64,000 nucleotides of DNA from positions 37,515,288-37,579,287 of the forward strand of contig CM074522.1 in the NCBI GenBank assembly GCA_037379345.1, in the 5' to 3' direction. Of the stretch, positions 51,586 to 64,000 are shown in pieces (the stretch's first letter is position 1; every line of letters starts with the position of its first letter). The translations under genes and the position numbers were made by a program. The stretch comes from Perna viridis (Eukaryota). The notes below the pieces were generated by a model, which saw only the letters and a program-made list of their open reading frames with translations, ran no database searches and was not told where the DNA came from.

Positions 51586-52203
51586 AAGAGTAATCAAGGG
51601 AACCAAGGTTATAGCGGTAATCAAAAGAATGTAATCCAGGGACAAAGACCAGACATGGAAAATAGACATACACAACAAAGAACATAAAGTAACTAAAATC
51701 ATACATAAAAAGTAACAAAAGCAAATGAGCAACTCGGACTCCACTAAAAACTGGGAGCATGGACCAGGTGCACCAGTAGGGTAAGCTCCTCTGCTTTTCT
51801 AGAAACACCCGCCGAGTTGTTCATAAAAAGTCAAGTCCGAGGTAGACAAACGAGGAAAGGAAAACTATGACCCGTTGAATGAATCAGTTTTCATGGTGCA
51901 TATGGATACACCATAACGATCCAAGAGTTCATGATGACGACCATAAAACTTCTGTAGTGATGACTTCAATCTTGTAGCAACATAACCCTGTTCCAGAAGC
52001 CTATTTGTTAGAGTTCTAGCGTGATACAAAAAGTCTGCGTAGTTTCGGCAAGCTCTGGCATAATGTATAAGTTGTGATATGAACACTCCATACACAAGTG
52101 CCGAAGGGATGTTGCCACAGATAAAAGGAAAGTTGACAATTCTGAATGAAAAGTCATCACTCTTGTTGTAAAGTTTGGTCAATAGTTTTCCTTTACCATC
52201 GAT
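51586..52203 (-). mobile_element. 3' fragment of the Penelope-like (Naiad-type) retroelement
   Basis: RT C-terminus (ORF 51865-52182) and 3' UTR collinear with ~9345-9955. Confidence 0.88.
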
Positions 52204-54085
52204 GAAAAAACAGGGAAATCAAACTTCAGTCTTCAATAAAACAAAGGTATCAATAGTTTCTCATACTTGTGTGAGAGTACAAATTTTATGATTCTCAAAT
52301 AATTATACAACTTTTTAATACCTTTTTAATAACACCTCCACAAATTAAAATTAGAAGCTAAGAATAAATTTATTCAACTTTTGGTAAAAATGAACAAAAA
52401 AGCCATAAAAATTTCACAAAAACTAAATTCCCTAATAACTTAATTGCACATGAATCATCACAGGGAGCACTTTCACAAATTCATAACTTCTCGCCTTAAA
52501 AGAACAGACGACTTTCTTTTCAATGAGTTAAAGTAAACACCAGTAATTGGTAGCCACAAACGACCCTGCGCCATATTCCTGCAATTAAACACCGAAAATT
52601 TATTATAATACCCCTATAATAGAAATTGGATCTTCTCAAGAAAAAATTTAAATGGTTCTAATATTGAAAAGTATCAATTATTTGGAGCTTTGGTCTGATG
52701 ATTGTCAAATTACAGTTAAGACTGATTCCCTTTGACCTGGTATCAAGTACACAGGTGGTCAGACAACAGCGATTCTGGTCAGTGAACCTTGGTCCAAGTC
52801 AATCAATGGGCGCAACGTTAAACTAGCCCCAAACATGCAAAACAAACACGGCAAACTGGTTCAGTTTTTCTTGATCTGTTTTACAGTTTTGTTTAGTGGA
52901 TTTTTTCCATACAGATTTTACAATGTCCACTCAATAACATTATTTATACCTATTTTTTTTCATCTTTTATAAAATTTGAAACTTGGGATAACTCAGGTCC
53001 TCCTTAAGTCATTTATGTTTCAAGCAAGACACTTACAATTCTACACTACAAATGTAAAGCCAAGTGAAAAAAACAGCAGAAGAAATTCAATCACTAACTT
53101 AAAACAGGTACTCAATATCAGTCAACCATGTCACAGTGACGACCACTGACCTTAACCTACGATGTGAAGGATGCAAAAAAAATGAGGCCATGATGTTCAA
53201 ACCAATATTTGAGACATGCACGTACTCCAACAATAAAGCTTCATAAGACAAAAACAAAAGCTTCTATCGGAGAAAAAAACTATAGAAAGATTATATTATT
53301 ACAAGGAGTGTACCGACCTGTGGACAGGAATCAATTTAGCATGCTATATTCACATAAAAATCAAGAAAACAATTCAAGAATTTAATAAAACTCTGAAGTA
53401 GTTTAATAAAACTGAACGATAAGATCAGATTTTGACTTTGATGTGAATCGATCTATAATTTGTACAAGTCGATTTTATGTCAGGTGTCAAGATTTTAAAC
53501 CAACACGACTTCACAACCAATTTGTCTACGTATTGTTGACAATTCTCTTTTTTTTTAAATAATCTGACGATTTTCTAATCAGATTATGACCTTTTGGATT
53601 TGGAATCTTCTATTTTTGGAGATTTTAGACTAAAGAATGAGAAAGCTTTGTCTGGGCTGAGATATCAATATCACTCTTTTTAAAACTTTATGTTAATTAA
53701 ACCTGAATGCTGAAATCTGAATTCAACATTTAATTCAAAAGCTACTACTATTATTAGGAATTGCACATGTCTCCTGACTGAAAAGTACTGTCATCCCCTA
53801 TTTAGAATGTGATAAGAACCTATTTGCCATGTTAAATTATACACCCTTTTTGGTGTCATTTATACTGCGTGGACTGCATTGAATGTGTTTGTGTGTGGGT
53901 TTTTGAGTTTTGTTAATTCATTGTGTCGAGGTTCTTTTATTTACAGGTTTATTTTTTATGGTTTCTCAATTATTTCTTTTTTACTGTTTAGGTTCCTTTT
54001 TGAGAAGCAAGTAATACATCTTTAAGAAATATATAAACTCTGGACAGATAATGGTTGAGATATTTAACAGACTTGGTAAACTTAC

Positions 54086-54241
54086 GAGTACACTTCATAT
54101 CTCTGGGATCATTAGAGCTTCTATAGTAACCCTTGTCACATGTACACTCCACAGACTGTGGTACATTGGTATAGCTGTGCTCTGGACATCTGTAGCACTT
54201 CTGATTACCAAGCTGTATTTTGTAGTAACCTACTTTGCATG
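54086..54241 (-). CDS. Eph: Eph exon, cysteine-rich EGF-like region (first Eph exon found in the window)
   Basis: CAG|CKVGYYKIQLGNQKCYRCPEHSYT...CTCDKGYYRSSNDPRDMKCT|GTAAG; 156 nt, phase 1 to 1. Confidence 0.95.
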
Positions 54242-55364
54242 CTGTAATAAAAGAGAGATTTAGATATCTGATGTAAAAATGCAAGCAACAAATGTATGGC
54301 TATTTAATGATAATTGTGGCTACTGCAGTGCTATGGCAGGTGAACAAGGAGCTGTAGTACCCACTTCACTAAGCCAATATAACCACTTTACTCTTGGCTG
54401 CCCTTATTCCTGTTTCCCCTCAATGTCTCTTCAATACATACACCTTACTCCCAGTTACTAGCCTCTTAACTCATATGTCTTTCCCATTCCAAATTCTGGA
54501 CATTATCTTCTATTTATTAACTAATTCTGTATGTTTATGAACATATTTTGTATTAATCAGGTACCATCAAAATACTCCTTTATTAATTTATGTTGAGTTA
54601 TCTACCCTTACCAACTAAACTGTAATTCCCTTCCCTTTTCATCCCTTATCTTACATGTCAAAGTGACTGTCACACCATGCCTTTTATCATGGAAACACAA
54701 CTTGCACTCTTTATAATCTGCATATGACAGGCATTTTCTACTAGATTGTCAAATAATAAATCCAACAGTTTCAAACTTAAGCCTTATCTAAATCCTTCCA
54801 TTTCTCTTAACTATTCATTTCAAAATATATTTCATCCCTATTTAAACAATTGTAGAGGAGAGAATACTTTGCTTGTCTAGGTAACGGCTTGATGGATTGG
54901 GTTTGTAGTATTTTAATATAATTTTTTCCATATCTCAATTGTAAGGGAAAGGCATGGAGGATTATTTTGAAGGACTGTCTCATGCAGATATTGTTTGCAA
55001 TTTTTATTAAATACAATTTTAAGTTTTCAATACCTGTCAAGAAATTTGAAGCCATCAAAACAAGGTCATTAAATAAGGTACACCTTCGTCATCAATACTT
55101 GTTTGGTATTCAGACATATCAATACATAGCATGCTACCTAATCAGGCGAAGAAAAAAATATGAATAGTTTCTGCAAAGACGACTATAAAAGAGGCATAGC
55201 ATCCAAATCTGGATAGGTACAGCAAGAATGACACCTCGCTATGGGATAGTTGTAAAATTTCCCATCTTCAAAAATTTTTGACAAAAGTTTTAGGTATTGC
55301 ATGCCATACCAAGGAAACTCATAAAGCTCTTGCTGTGCCTGTTGTACCCGCCACTAGACCACTG

Positions 55365-55540
55365 CACTGTACCTGTTGTGCCAGACACTACACCCCTGTA
55401 CTGTACCTGTCGTGCCAGGCACTATACCCCTGTACTGTACCTGTCGTGCGAAGCACTATACCCCTATATTGTACCTGTCATACCAAGCACTATACCCCTA
55501 TATTGTACCTGTCATACCAGGCACTACACCCCTGTACTAG
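55365..55540. repeat. Minisatellite, 34-bp unit x5
   Basis: CTGTACCTGTCGTGCCAGGCACTACACCCCTGTA repeated. Confidence 0.9.
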
Positions 55541-58500
55541 ACTGTATAATTTTGTCAGACATCTAATCTTTTTATTTGTAGAGTATCTTTTCATTGTAAA
55601 GGTTTGAAGTCCAATAACCACAAAAATAATATCAAAAGTAATGTAAGCTTTATAGCAGCAAAATGAGATCAATTTTCATCAATCATAATGATGGCAGATG
55701 CTTCTTACAATGAATATAACTACTGCAACTCATTATGACATTAACCATTTAACATGAGCTCTTGTATGAACATTCCTGAATTAATGGCAGAATTTTTATA
55801 TTCCATGTAAATTCAACATTTGCTTGTTAAATATTTCATAAAACCTTTGGTTGCACACAAGGCAAAATATTACAATTTTCACTCATCATGCAACATAAAA
55901 TTTGTGCGTAAAATGATGAAACTATGACTTTTTAATGGACATTTTTTCCCTTCTCCATTAATTTCTCATAAAAGAAGCAGAAATAAATTGAAGAAATGAG
56001 TATGAAAAGTACACATTAATAGCTTATCTTTGAAGTAAACATCACTTCATTTCCTCTGTACAATATTCAATAGAAATGAAAATATTATTTTTTTATTTTG
56101 TGGTCTACAGAATTCTACTGAATTTACTTTAAAATTAACACAAATTCTCAATTTACAAATGACTCAATATCTTTAATATCTTTAATAAGAGATAGTATTG
56201 TTATTTACTATATGGTTTAACCATATACTCTAAACTGGTTACCATGCTAATACTCTGAAATTAAAGGAACAGTTTCAAATTAACATGGCTTTTTAGAGGG
56301 AGTCAATACAAGGTAACTGTTGACACCAGAAGCATATATGTTTTTATACATTCTAACAAGTGAACTATTAACAGGGATTTCTTAATCTGTTACAGAAAAC
56401 AAAGTGTGAACTCCACTTTTATAAAACAGCACAAATAATGAAATCTGCACTGTTATAAACATGCAATAATGAAATCTCCCTAACATGGAGGTCAAAATAT
56501 TACAGGTTCTATGAGCTTATTAAGAAATGTACTTCTTCCAGATACACTCCCATCTAATCATATAGTCACTTCAGCTGTAAAAACCACACACTCTGGGAAC
56601 TATGAAATAAAAACAGAAAATATTTGTCACCTTTTCCTTAAAGGTTAACATAACATTCAAGTAGCAATGACTGAGCCCATGTTGACCAATGAAGCATTAG
56701 AACATCTGAGGAAGGTTCGTACTACAGAAACATTGTTACATTATGATGCCGTCATCATAATCCTATCATGCCTCCCTCTCATTCAGTTCATCTTTGATCT
56801 AAAGTGCTAATCGTAGCCTCATTACAGCTAAAACCGTTCACCTGAGTCAGGTTAAAGTAGCTTTGATCTAGCCATTCTGAACGACTTTAGATGTTGACAA
56901 CACTAATTCAACTGCGAAAAACTTCATAAAAAAGATACATTATATGTTAATTCACATTTGGATTTTTCACTTGAGAGATTTGATTTGGATGATAAAAGAG
57001 AAATTTCAAGGTAATATAGTGCAGAATGTTTGATTCTACGATTATTTATTCAGTAAAATCGTATTAATATTACATTTTCTTCCATATGAGAAAGAAGAAG
57101 CAGTACTCATAACACTTCATTATACCAAGAGGATTATATGATTAGCAACTCCAAGGAACATCAAATCTGAGAAGAAATATATGACAAACCAAAATCTGGT
57201 AAAACTTACATAGATACTATAAAAGACCATCAGGAGCCTTACCTATGAATACAAGAACATGTGTCCACTATTCAGAAGGACATTGCCATATGATACTACT
57301 GTCAAACATTATCAATTAACAAAAGATTACAGCATTGGTGAATCTCTTCACAAGGGAAATAAAACTTCTTCAACAATCTATCCAGAGACATAAGAGTAGA
57401 TTGATGCATGAAAAAAAAACAGGCAGAAAACCTGCCATACTTACATTACTCAACCAATGAAACAAAAAACGAAAGAAAGGAAAGAACAAATAAAAGAGGC
57501 ACAGTGACACAAAATGAAGATTTTTGGTATGATGGACAAGAATGCCCTTGACTCAAACCACCAATCACTGAGCCTGATTTCTTATTACATCTATCACACA
57601 TATTCAGTTCCTAAGAACCTTAAGCTAGAACTAAAAAAGTCTGAGTGTCATGCAAGGATGTTGTAAGACCAATTAAGATGGAGTCCTGATCCATAAATTA
57701 AGCATTAAGAATTCTGTTTGAATCCTAAATTCATTACTTTAAACATTCTTTGCATGTCTGAGACAGCAATCATCTCTACGTTTCATTTCATGGTCCAAAA
57801 ATCAAGGAATCTCAAGCTTTTTATGAATCAGCTGAATGGTTTCTAGAGACAACTGTGTACTATAATAAAGATAAACAATTATTCAAACAGGAATTTAAGA
57901 CTTTACTTTGCTAAATAAAACATCAATTCAAATCAGGAAGTCTTTTTTAAGGTTTCCTTCGTGAATTAAACATCTATTTCAAAACAATATTGAGCAAGTG
58001 AGAAAACTGGCACGATATATTGTCCACAAAACTGACGAAATACAATATAAACATGCAACAATAGACCAACTACTGGACAAACTCTGGTTATCTCTCCTTA
58101 TTCTCTCCTTTTGGAATCTTTGCTATAAACACGCAATTTGAGAATAGCTAAATGTAAGAACAGGCAAAAATTGTACTCAAACTTTACTTTAATTTTGATA
58201 TGATAAATTTCCTCAATAAACATGCAAGTTTCTGGATAGAATGATGGCGGAAAAACCCACTTCACTCTTCAATTATGCAATCCTTTTGATAAGATTTCCC
58301 AACCTTTTTTTAATTTATCTAATAAAACCTGGCCCAAGTTACAGTAAAGAGTCTTATCTATGGGCATGGTTTCCTCTATAAACATGCAACTATGACATCA
58401 TCATTAAAATCTTACAATCTAGCTCCTTAAAACCCACAGAGTATTACTGGTGGAAGGCATAGTATTAGTGAACAAAATGATGAAAATAAATTTTCAAATA

Positions 58501-59010
58501 GTTATACTCTCCAAAGTATTTTGAATGCTGCTTTTTAAAGCTTAGGGGAGTTCTGTGCCAAAAATGTCTAATGTTTATCAAAGACTGGAATGACATTCTT
58601 AGTTTGTTTTAATTTTTTAAATTATAAGGCTCAACATACAACACATTTAAAACAAATAAGTAATGTACCACACATGACCTATATATTCATCATGCTTTTT
58701 TCCAGGTGCTAAATCAACTATTCTGAAAATACCTCAAAAACTAATAAAAAAATGTGGTCCAACTGTTACCCATTATTACACTCCCTTCACAGATTTTTAA
58801 ATCTTATTAAATACTAACTGTACATTGGCCCTTATATAACAAACCCTGCATGCGGAAAAATCATTTTCAACAGGCAAGATTATAAAATCCATTTTGTAAC
58901 AAAACTGATGTGGATTTAATGTTCCTTGATTATCAAATCTGTTACTTTTACCAGCCTGGTTTAGTTCCTTTTTTTAATAAATAAGTTTTAATTTGATTTT
59001 GTTTAAAGAA

Positions 59011-59098
59011 TAACTGCAGGAAGGCTAAATGGTTATCCCTATGCTATGAATGAACTGCAGGAAGGCTAAATGGTTATCCCTATGCTATGAATGAACTG
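59011..59098. repeat. Perfect 43-bp tandem duplication
   Basis: AACTGCAGGAAGGCTAAATGGTTATCCCTATGCTATGAATG occurs twice. Confidence 0.9.
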
Positions 59099-59399
59099 AT
59101 ATTAAATGACAGTTAAATTAATGCCATTTTAAAGCTGCATACGGCTTCTTTATCTAAATCATTTTCTGCAGAAATCCTCACTCCAAAACATAATTATTTA
59201 TGTGGCTTGATTTATGGCTTCTGTGTTAACAGTGCTGCAGCAATCAGTACATGAACAGTAATCTGCATGTAAATGTATTTGGTAACCAGTTTATATAGAT
59301 TTCTTACATAAATTACTATATTACGTTAGTTAAATACTGCAGACAAAAAATCATCAGCATATAAATATATGTGTGTGAGTTAACAGTACTGTATATATC

Positions 59400-59900
59400 T
59401 GTGTTCACAGTACTGCAGTCATCAATACATTAACAGGTATATATATTACCAGCACTGCAGCCATCAGTTCATTAAGAGGTATATGTATTAGCAGTACTAC
59501 AGTCATCAGTGCATTAACAGGTATACGTGTTAACTGTACTGCAGTCATCAGTTCATTTACAGCTGTATGTGTTAACAGTGTTGCAGTCATCAGTTCATTA
59601 ACAGGTATATGTGTTAACAGTACTGCAGTCATCAGTGCACAATAAGGTATATGTGTTAATAGTACGGCAGTCATCTGTGCATTAACAAGTTCATGTGCTA
59701 ACACTACTTCAGCCATCATATCATTAACATGTATATGTATTAACAGTACTGTAGTCATCAGTTCATTAACAAGAATATTTGTTTAAAGTACTGCAGTCAA
59801 CAGTACATTAACAGGTATATGTGTTAACAGTACTGCAATCATATTTGTTAACAGTATTGCAGTTATCAGTTAATTAAGAGATGTTTGTGTTAACAGTACT
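59400..59900. repeat. Minisatellite, 45-bp unit x~11
   Basis: GTGTTAACAGTACTGCAGTCATCAGTTCATTAACAGGTATAT repeated. Confidence 0.92.
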
Positions 59901-62900
59901 GTGATCCATTGTTTATTATCCATGTTTACAATAATGCAGTTGATTCTTCAGATGGGGAAGGCCATTTTATGGTTATCAACAAATATTCAAATCTGACAAC
60001 TCTGGTACCAAAGATGTTGATTAGTATATTAATGATCTGCATCTTTATTTGCTTTCATTTTAGAGTGATTCATTATAATTAAGAAATTGAGCAACATATT
60101 CAATAAGTAATCATTTTGTATCTCTATTTCTTAGGAACTGAAGTGTATACAATAGAAACTCTTTCTTTTAACACTGTCTAAATAATAATGATGCTTTCTT
60201 TTAGCACAGCCTTTATAGTTCATATCAATCTAAAGCCAATTATGGAACACTTCCAAAACTAAAATAACGATGAAATCATAATCACAGCTATCTAATAGAT
60301 CACCCATTATAGATTATGCTGCAGGTCTTGTATGGCCAAATATACTCATTATTTTGGTAAAGAAATTACAGGAAAATGTCCATTCTATTAATACAAGATG
60401 ATAAAGCCATCTTCCGAATATAATAACTTGATCTTTTTCAAGTCATAAAAGACGCTTTTTCCTAATTCCAGGCAGTAACTTCTCCCTTTCTTCACATTTG
60501 CATATTTATTAAATATTACATGTAGGTTCTTAAAAATGCGTTGAATTCTGGAATCCAATTTACAAGATAAGGAGAAGGTTCTGACCTAGTGTAGAATCAT
60601 CATTAGATCCTAACCGATATTATGTAGATATTGTTGTTGAAAAATCAACATTTTATACACTTCCAAAGAACATTTCAATTCCTCATCTATCAAAAAGAGG
60701 GCATCAAGTGAAATAATCTAAAAAGTATGTAATACTAATCATTTCTATCTTTCTATGACAGAACATTGCCATGATATAAGCCATTTATTTGTCCCATGCA
60801 TCCTTTATTATGGCTTTCTAAATGGGACAAAATTCACATTCATTCTGATGGAAAATAGCATAAAATCCAACATTTTGTAGAAAATGAGGAAAAAAAGACT
60901 TTTTCCATTTATCTATGTAATGCATTTCAATCTCATCTCTGAACAGCATAAAATTTCAGATAGAATCCCATCCATCCTGTCTGAAAACAGCATAAAACCT
61001 CGACAATTTCTACAGAATATTGGCAAAAATCATTTACTGCACTTTATATATGCATTTCCGATTCGACTTCATACAGCAATAAATTTGACTACATGAGTTG
61101 AACATCTATCTCAACTGCATTCTCCATAAAACTCATTTAGTAGATAACTGGCAAAAACCTGATTTATTTAAGTAATTCATTTAAAACATGTCACTATAAA
61201 GCTGCATAAAACTTGCATCTTAAAGTTTAATGGACAAAATCTTTTTTTATATATTAATTTATTTGTGCAATATATTTTAATTCATACCCAAACATCTATG
61301 AAAGCATAAAGCCTTACACGATTCATCACATCACAGACAACGAAATATATCTTATCAACCTTACTAATCACACATATCTGCCTTCAATATACAAAATATC
61401 AGTAAATTAAACCAGAAATCATTAAGCTATATATTAATTTGAACTCCATCCCATTAAATAGAGAAATATCATCCATTATTGAGGATAAGACTATATAACC
61501 CATACTTTTAACCTTACTACCCCAAACCCATAAAACTGAATCCTGGTGAAATATTACCCATAAAAATAAATAAGGATGTATCTCTGTAATTCATTTAGAT
61601 TCCGTCACTGTGCACCATAAATGCAACAAATTCTGTGAAATATTAGCAATAAGAGTAAACTGGACTTTATTTATGTATTACGTTGAGAAACACAAAATCA
61701 TGTCTACTTAACAATCTATATGACTTATTCACAGTTCTGTTTCATATATCAAAAACAGTTTCTTTGGAGAGACACCAAAATCTGCAAAATTTTCCAGTTA
61801 ACTAACTGTATATTACATTGAAATCGGAAAATATAATTATCTTTATTCACTGTGTGATTTATCATTCTGTGTGAATCGGTAGAAATGTGCAGTACAGAAA
61901 AATCTATCAAATTAAATTGATTTTTCGGAGGAAGAAAAAAACTTGTATTGGCAAGAACCAACAAAGTAAATGTACAGATATAATAATTTGTTCTATATAA
62001 AGTTGAGGTTTTTTTTTCTTGTTTATAATTACACAATGTAACCAGAATGTGGAAGTTTGAATGTTAAATTCAATCTCAGGAATGATGAGAACCAAACACA
62101 GTAGTAAATTGAGGTTACAAAGCTTACAGTAAAGACTGCTGGGTTACCGTCCATGTGAGACCCGGCAGAGTAGTCCAGGACATTAAAAATCCCCATAGTA
62201 GTACTGCAGGGTTTAGCAATATTAAGAAAAACATCAAATAAACTATATCATTTTTTATTAAATACTGCATTTTCTGTTCATGAATCTTGTGCTTTTGTTA
62301 AAACATCAATTCGGCAAGTTTCATGTGGCCTTAGTCTTACAATGGTCCAAATATATTACTGTTAGATCCCTACAGATGCAAAACTTCTTTCCATCAATAA
62401 GTGCCACAGGCAAAAGAAATATGTTGAGAATCCTGAGTGAACACTCTGTGAGTTCTTAAGCCTTTTTTTGAAGATAATTTTATGATATTACTTCAATATG
62501 TATTTTATGACAAAATTTCCAACTTTAAGCTGACGAAATATGAAAACTGATCACTGAGTAATAACATACAGGATCTTTTTACTGCATATTTATGGCCAAA
62601 GTTAAAAGAAAGGATTCTTTGAAGAAGTAAGATGAGTGAGAATTTATCACAAGACGGGACATAAATTTTGTACCAAAACACACCTTTTTGTACAAAATAA
62701 AACATTTTGATTAATGAGTATCCAATTTTTATTCATTTGATAGAAAGAAATTGGAGTCATTTCTAATCTCAGAGAAAACACATCTGTATTTTTATGATAT
62801 GTAATTATATTCAATCATTTTATATTGTTGTTTTATTACACAATTCTAAAAGGAAAAAACTGTCCATTCTTTAAGTTGAACAGCCGAGAAAGAATTGAGA

Positions 62901-63892
62901 AAATATTACACCATTTAACAATACAGAACTGAGCCATACTAGAGGTGTACTTTAATGAATAATTGACAATTCTCTATGGAACATTTTGATTCTATAATAT
63001 TCTTTCTTGTTAAATTTTTCTTTTTTTTTTTCTTCAAAAAGGGGAGACATTTAGGACTAAATCTAACTGTACATTTTTGCTCAATAAATTGACAAAATCT
63101 GAGAATTGACAAAAGTCCTTCTATACCACCCTGCTGCTTACATAGATGATTGATAGATTGATTGATGTCTTTCAACTGTCTGTACTCCATCTGTATTTGA
63201 GCAAACAGCATGCAGAAATTTCAAACGAAATCTCAGTTTTTGTTCAAATTTTCATCACAATCTTTCAAAAACATAAATAAAAACAAAAGCTCTATTTTGC
63301 CATGTGAACATGAAAACAAGAATTCCTGCTATTACGTTAATACCATGTAAACATTCATCACATCAACAGATGATCACCATATTACATAACTCCAAAATAA
63401 ACAGAAAACATTCATCTGAAATAGTTAAAAGGACATCAGCACCCAAGCAAGATTTCTTGTTTCTTTAACTCAATTATATTCCACCATAAAAACTCTTAGA
63501 ATTACCACAGAGTCTGATCATCCTAAAGTTATTCTTGTCACCTTACATCAACAGATGTATGTTATACCTCCTGTTTTCAGAATAAATGATGTGCATGGCG
63601 GCATCAATGCAAAAATCATTCATTCTGAAATTTTATCATTCCTTCCATGATTATATAATACTCCCATTCACAAGCAATTTTTACAGAAGTACATGTACAT
63701 GTATGAAAATCTTATCAAGCTCAAATATTGCTGGTACCATCAGGTACTTGGACTAGTTGTTCATAAAAAAAAGGGGGGATACCAGGTCAAACAATCATAC
63801 ATGTATATGCTCTCATAGACTTAGACTGTTCATACAACATGTATAATGTAAATGATATTTGAAGAGTAAAAAGCAGCAATGTGACCCTTCCC

Positions 63893-64000
63893 ATGAATCT
63901 CAGAGTAACCATATAAAGTGCAAATCACCAAACTGCATGAATCTCTGAGTATCCATATAAAGTACAAATCACCAAACCGCATAAATCTCAGAGTAACCAT
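63893..64000. repeat. Minisatellite, 44-bp unit, runs off the window
   Basis: ATGAATCTCAGAGTAACCATATAAAGTGCAAATCACCAAACTGC repeated. Confidence 0.85.

Noticed and set aside
62148-62213. Possible alternative upstream Eph exon on the minus strand (MGIFNVLDYSAGSHMD, phase-1 GTAAC donor)
   Set aside because: No similarity to Eph, no signal peptide, and no support beyond a GT in a compatible phase.

Overview
AT-rich animal genomic DNA. The repeat families and gene types suggest a bivalve mollusc (inference). Two spliced genes were rebuilt by hand, both on the minus strand, with phase-consistent GT-AG junctions. (1) A complete 7-exon secreted S1A chymotrypsin/elastase-like serine protease, CDS 10531->4325, 278 aa. 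(2) The 3' part of an Eph receptor tyrosine kinase, 15 exons from 54241 to 20684: EGF-like, two FN3, TM, juxtamembrane with a 39-nt microexon, kinase, SAM, and a -SEGFLV terminus; its 5' exons were not found in the window. Between and inside the genes lie a decayed CR1/L2-type LINE, fragments of Penelope-like (Naiad-type) retroelements, a 519-bp SINE-like insertion with a 12-bp TSD, an internally deleted hAT-like element, several MITEs and about 17 unrelated minisatellites. Most unusual: (a) the SINE-like element has no tRNA-type head and starts at a predicted H-type pseudoknot followed by a second structured domain, a candidate unclassified ribozyme or 5'-end-defining RNA; (b) in three exons of the two genes, possibly four, the exon 3' end together with its 5' splice site is tandemly amplified into the intron; (c) a multibranch RNA motif lies just after the stop codon of the Penelope-like RT.
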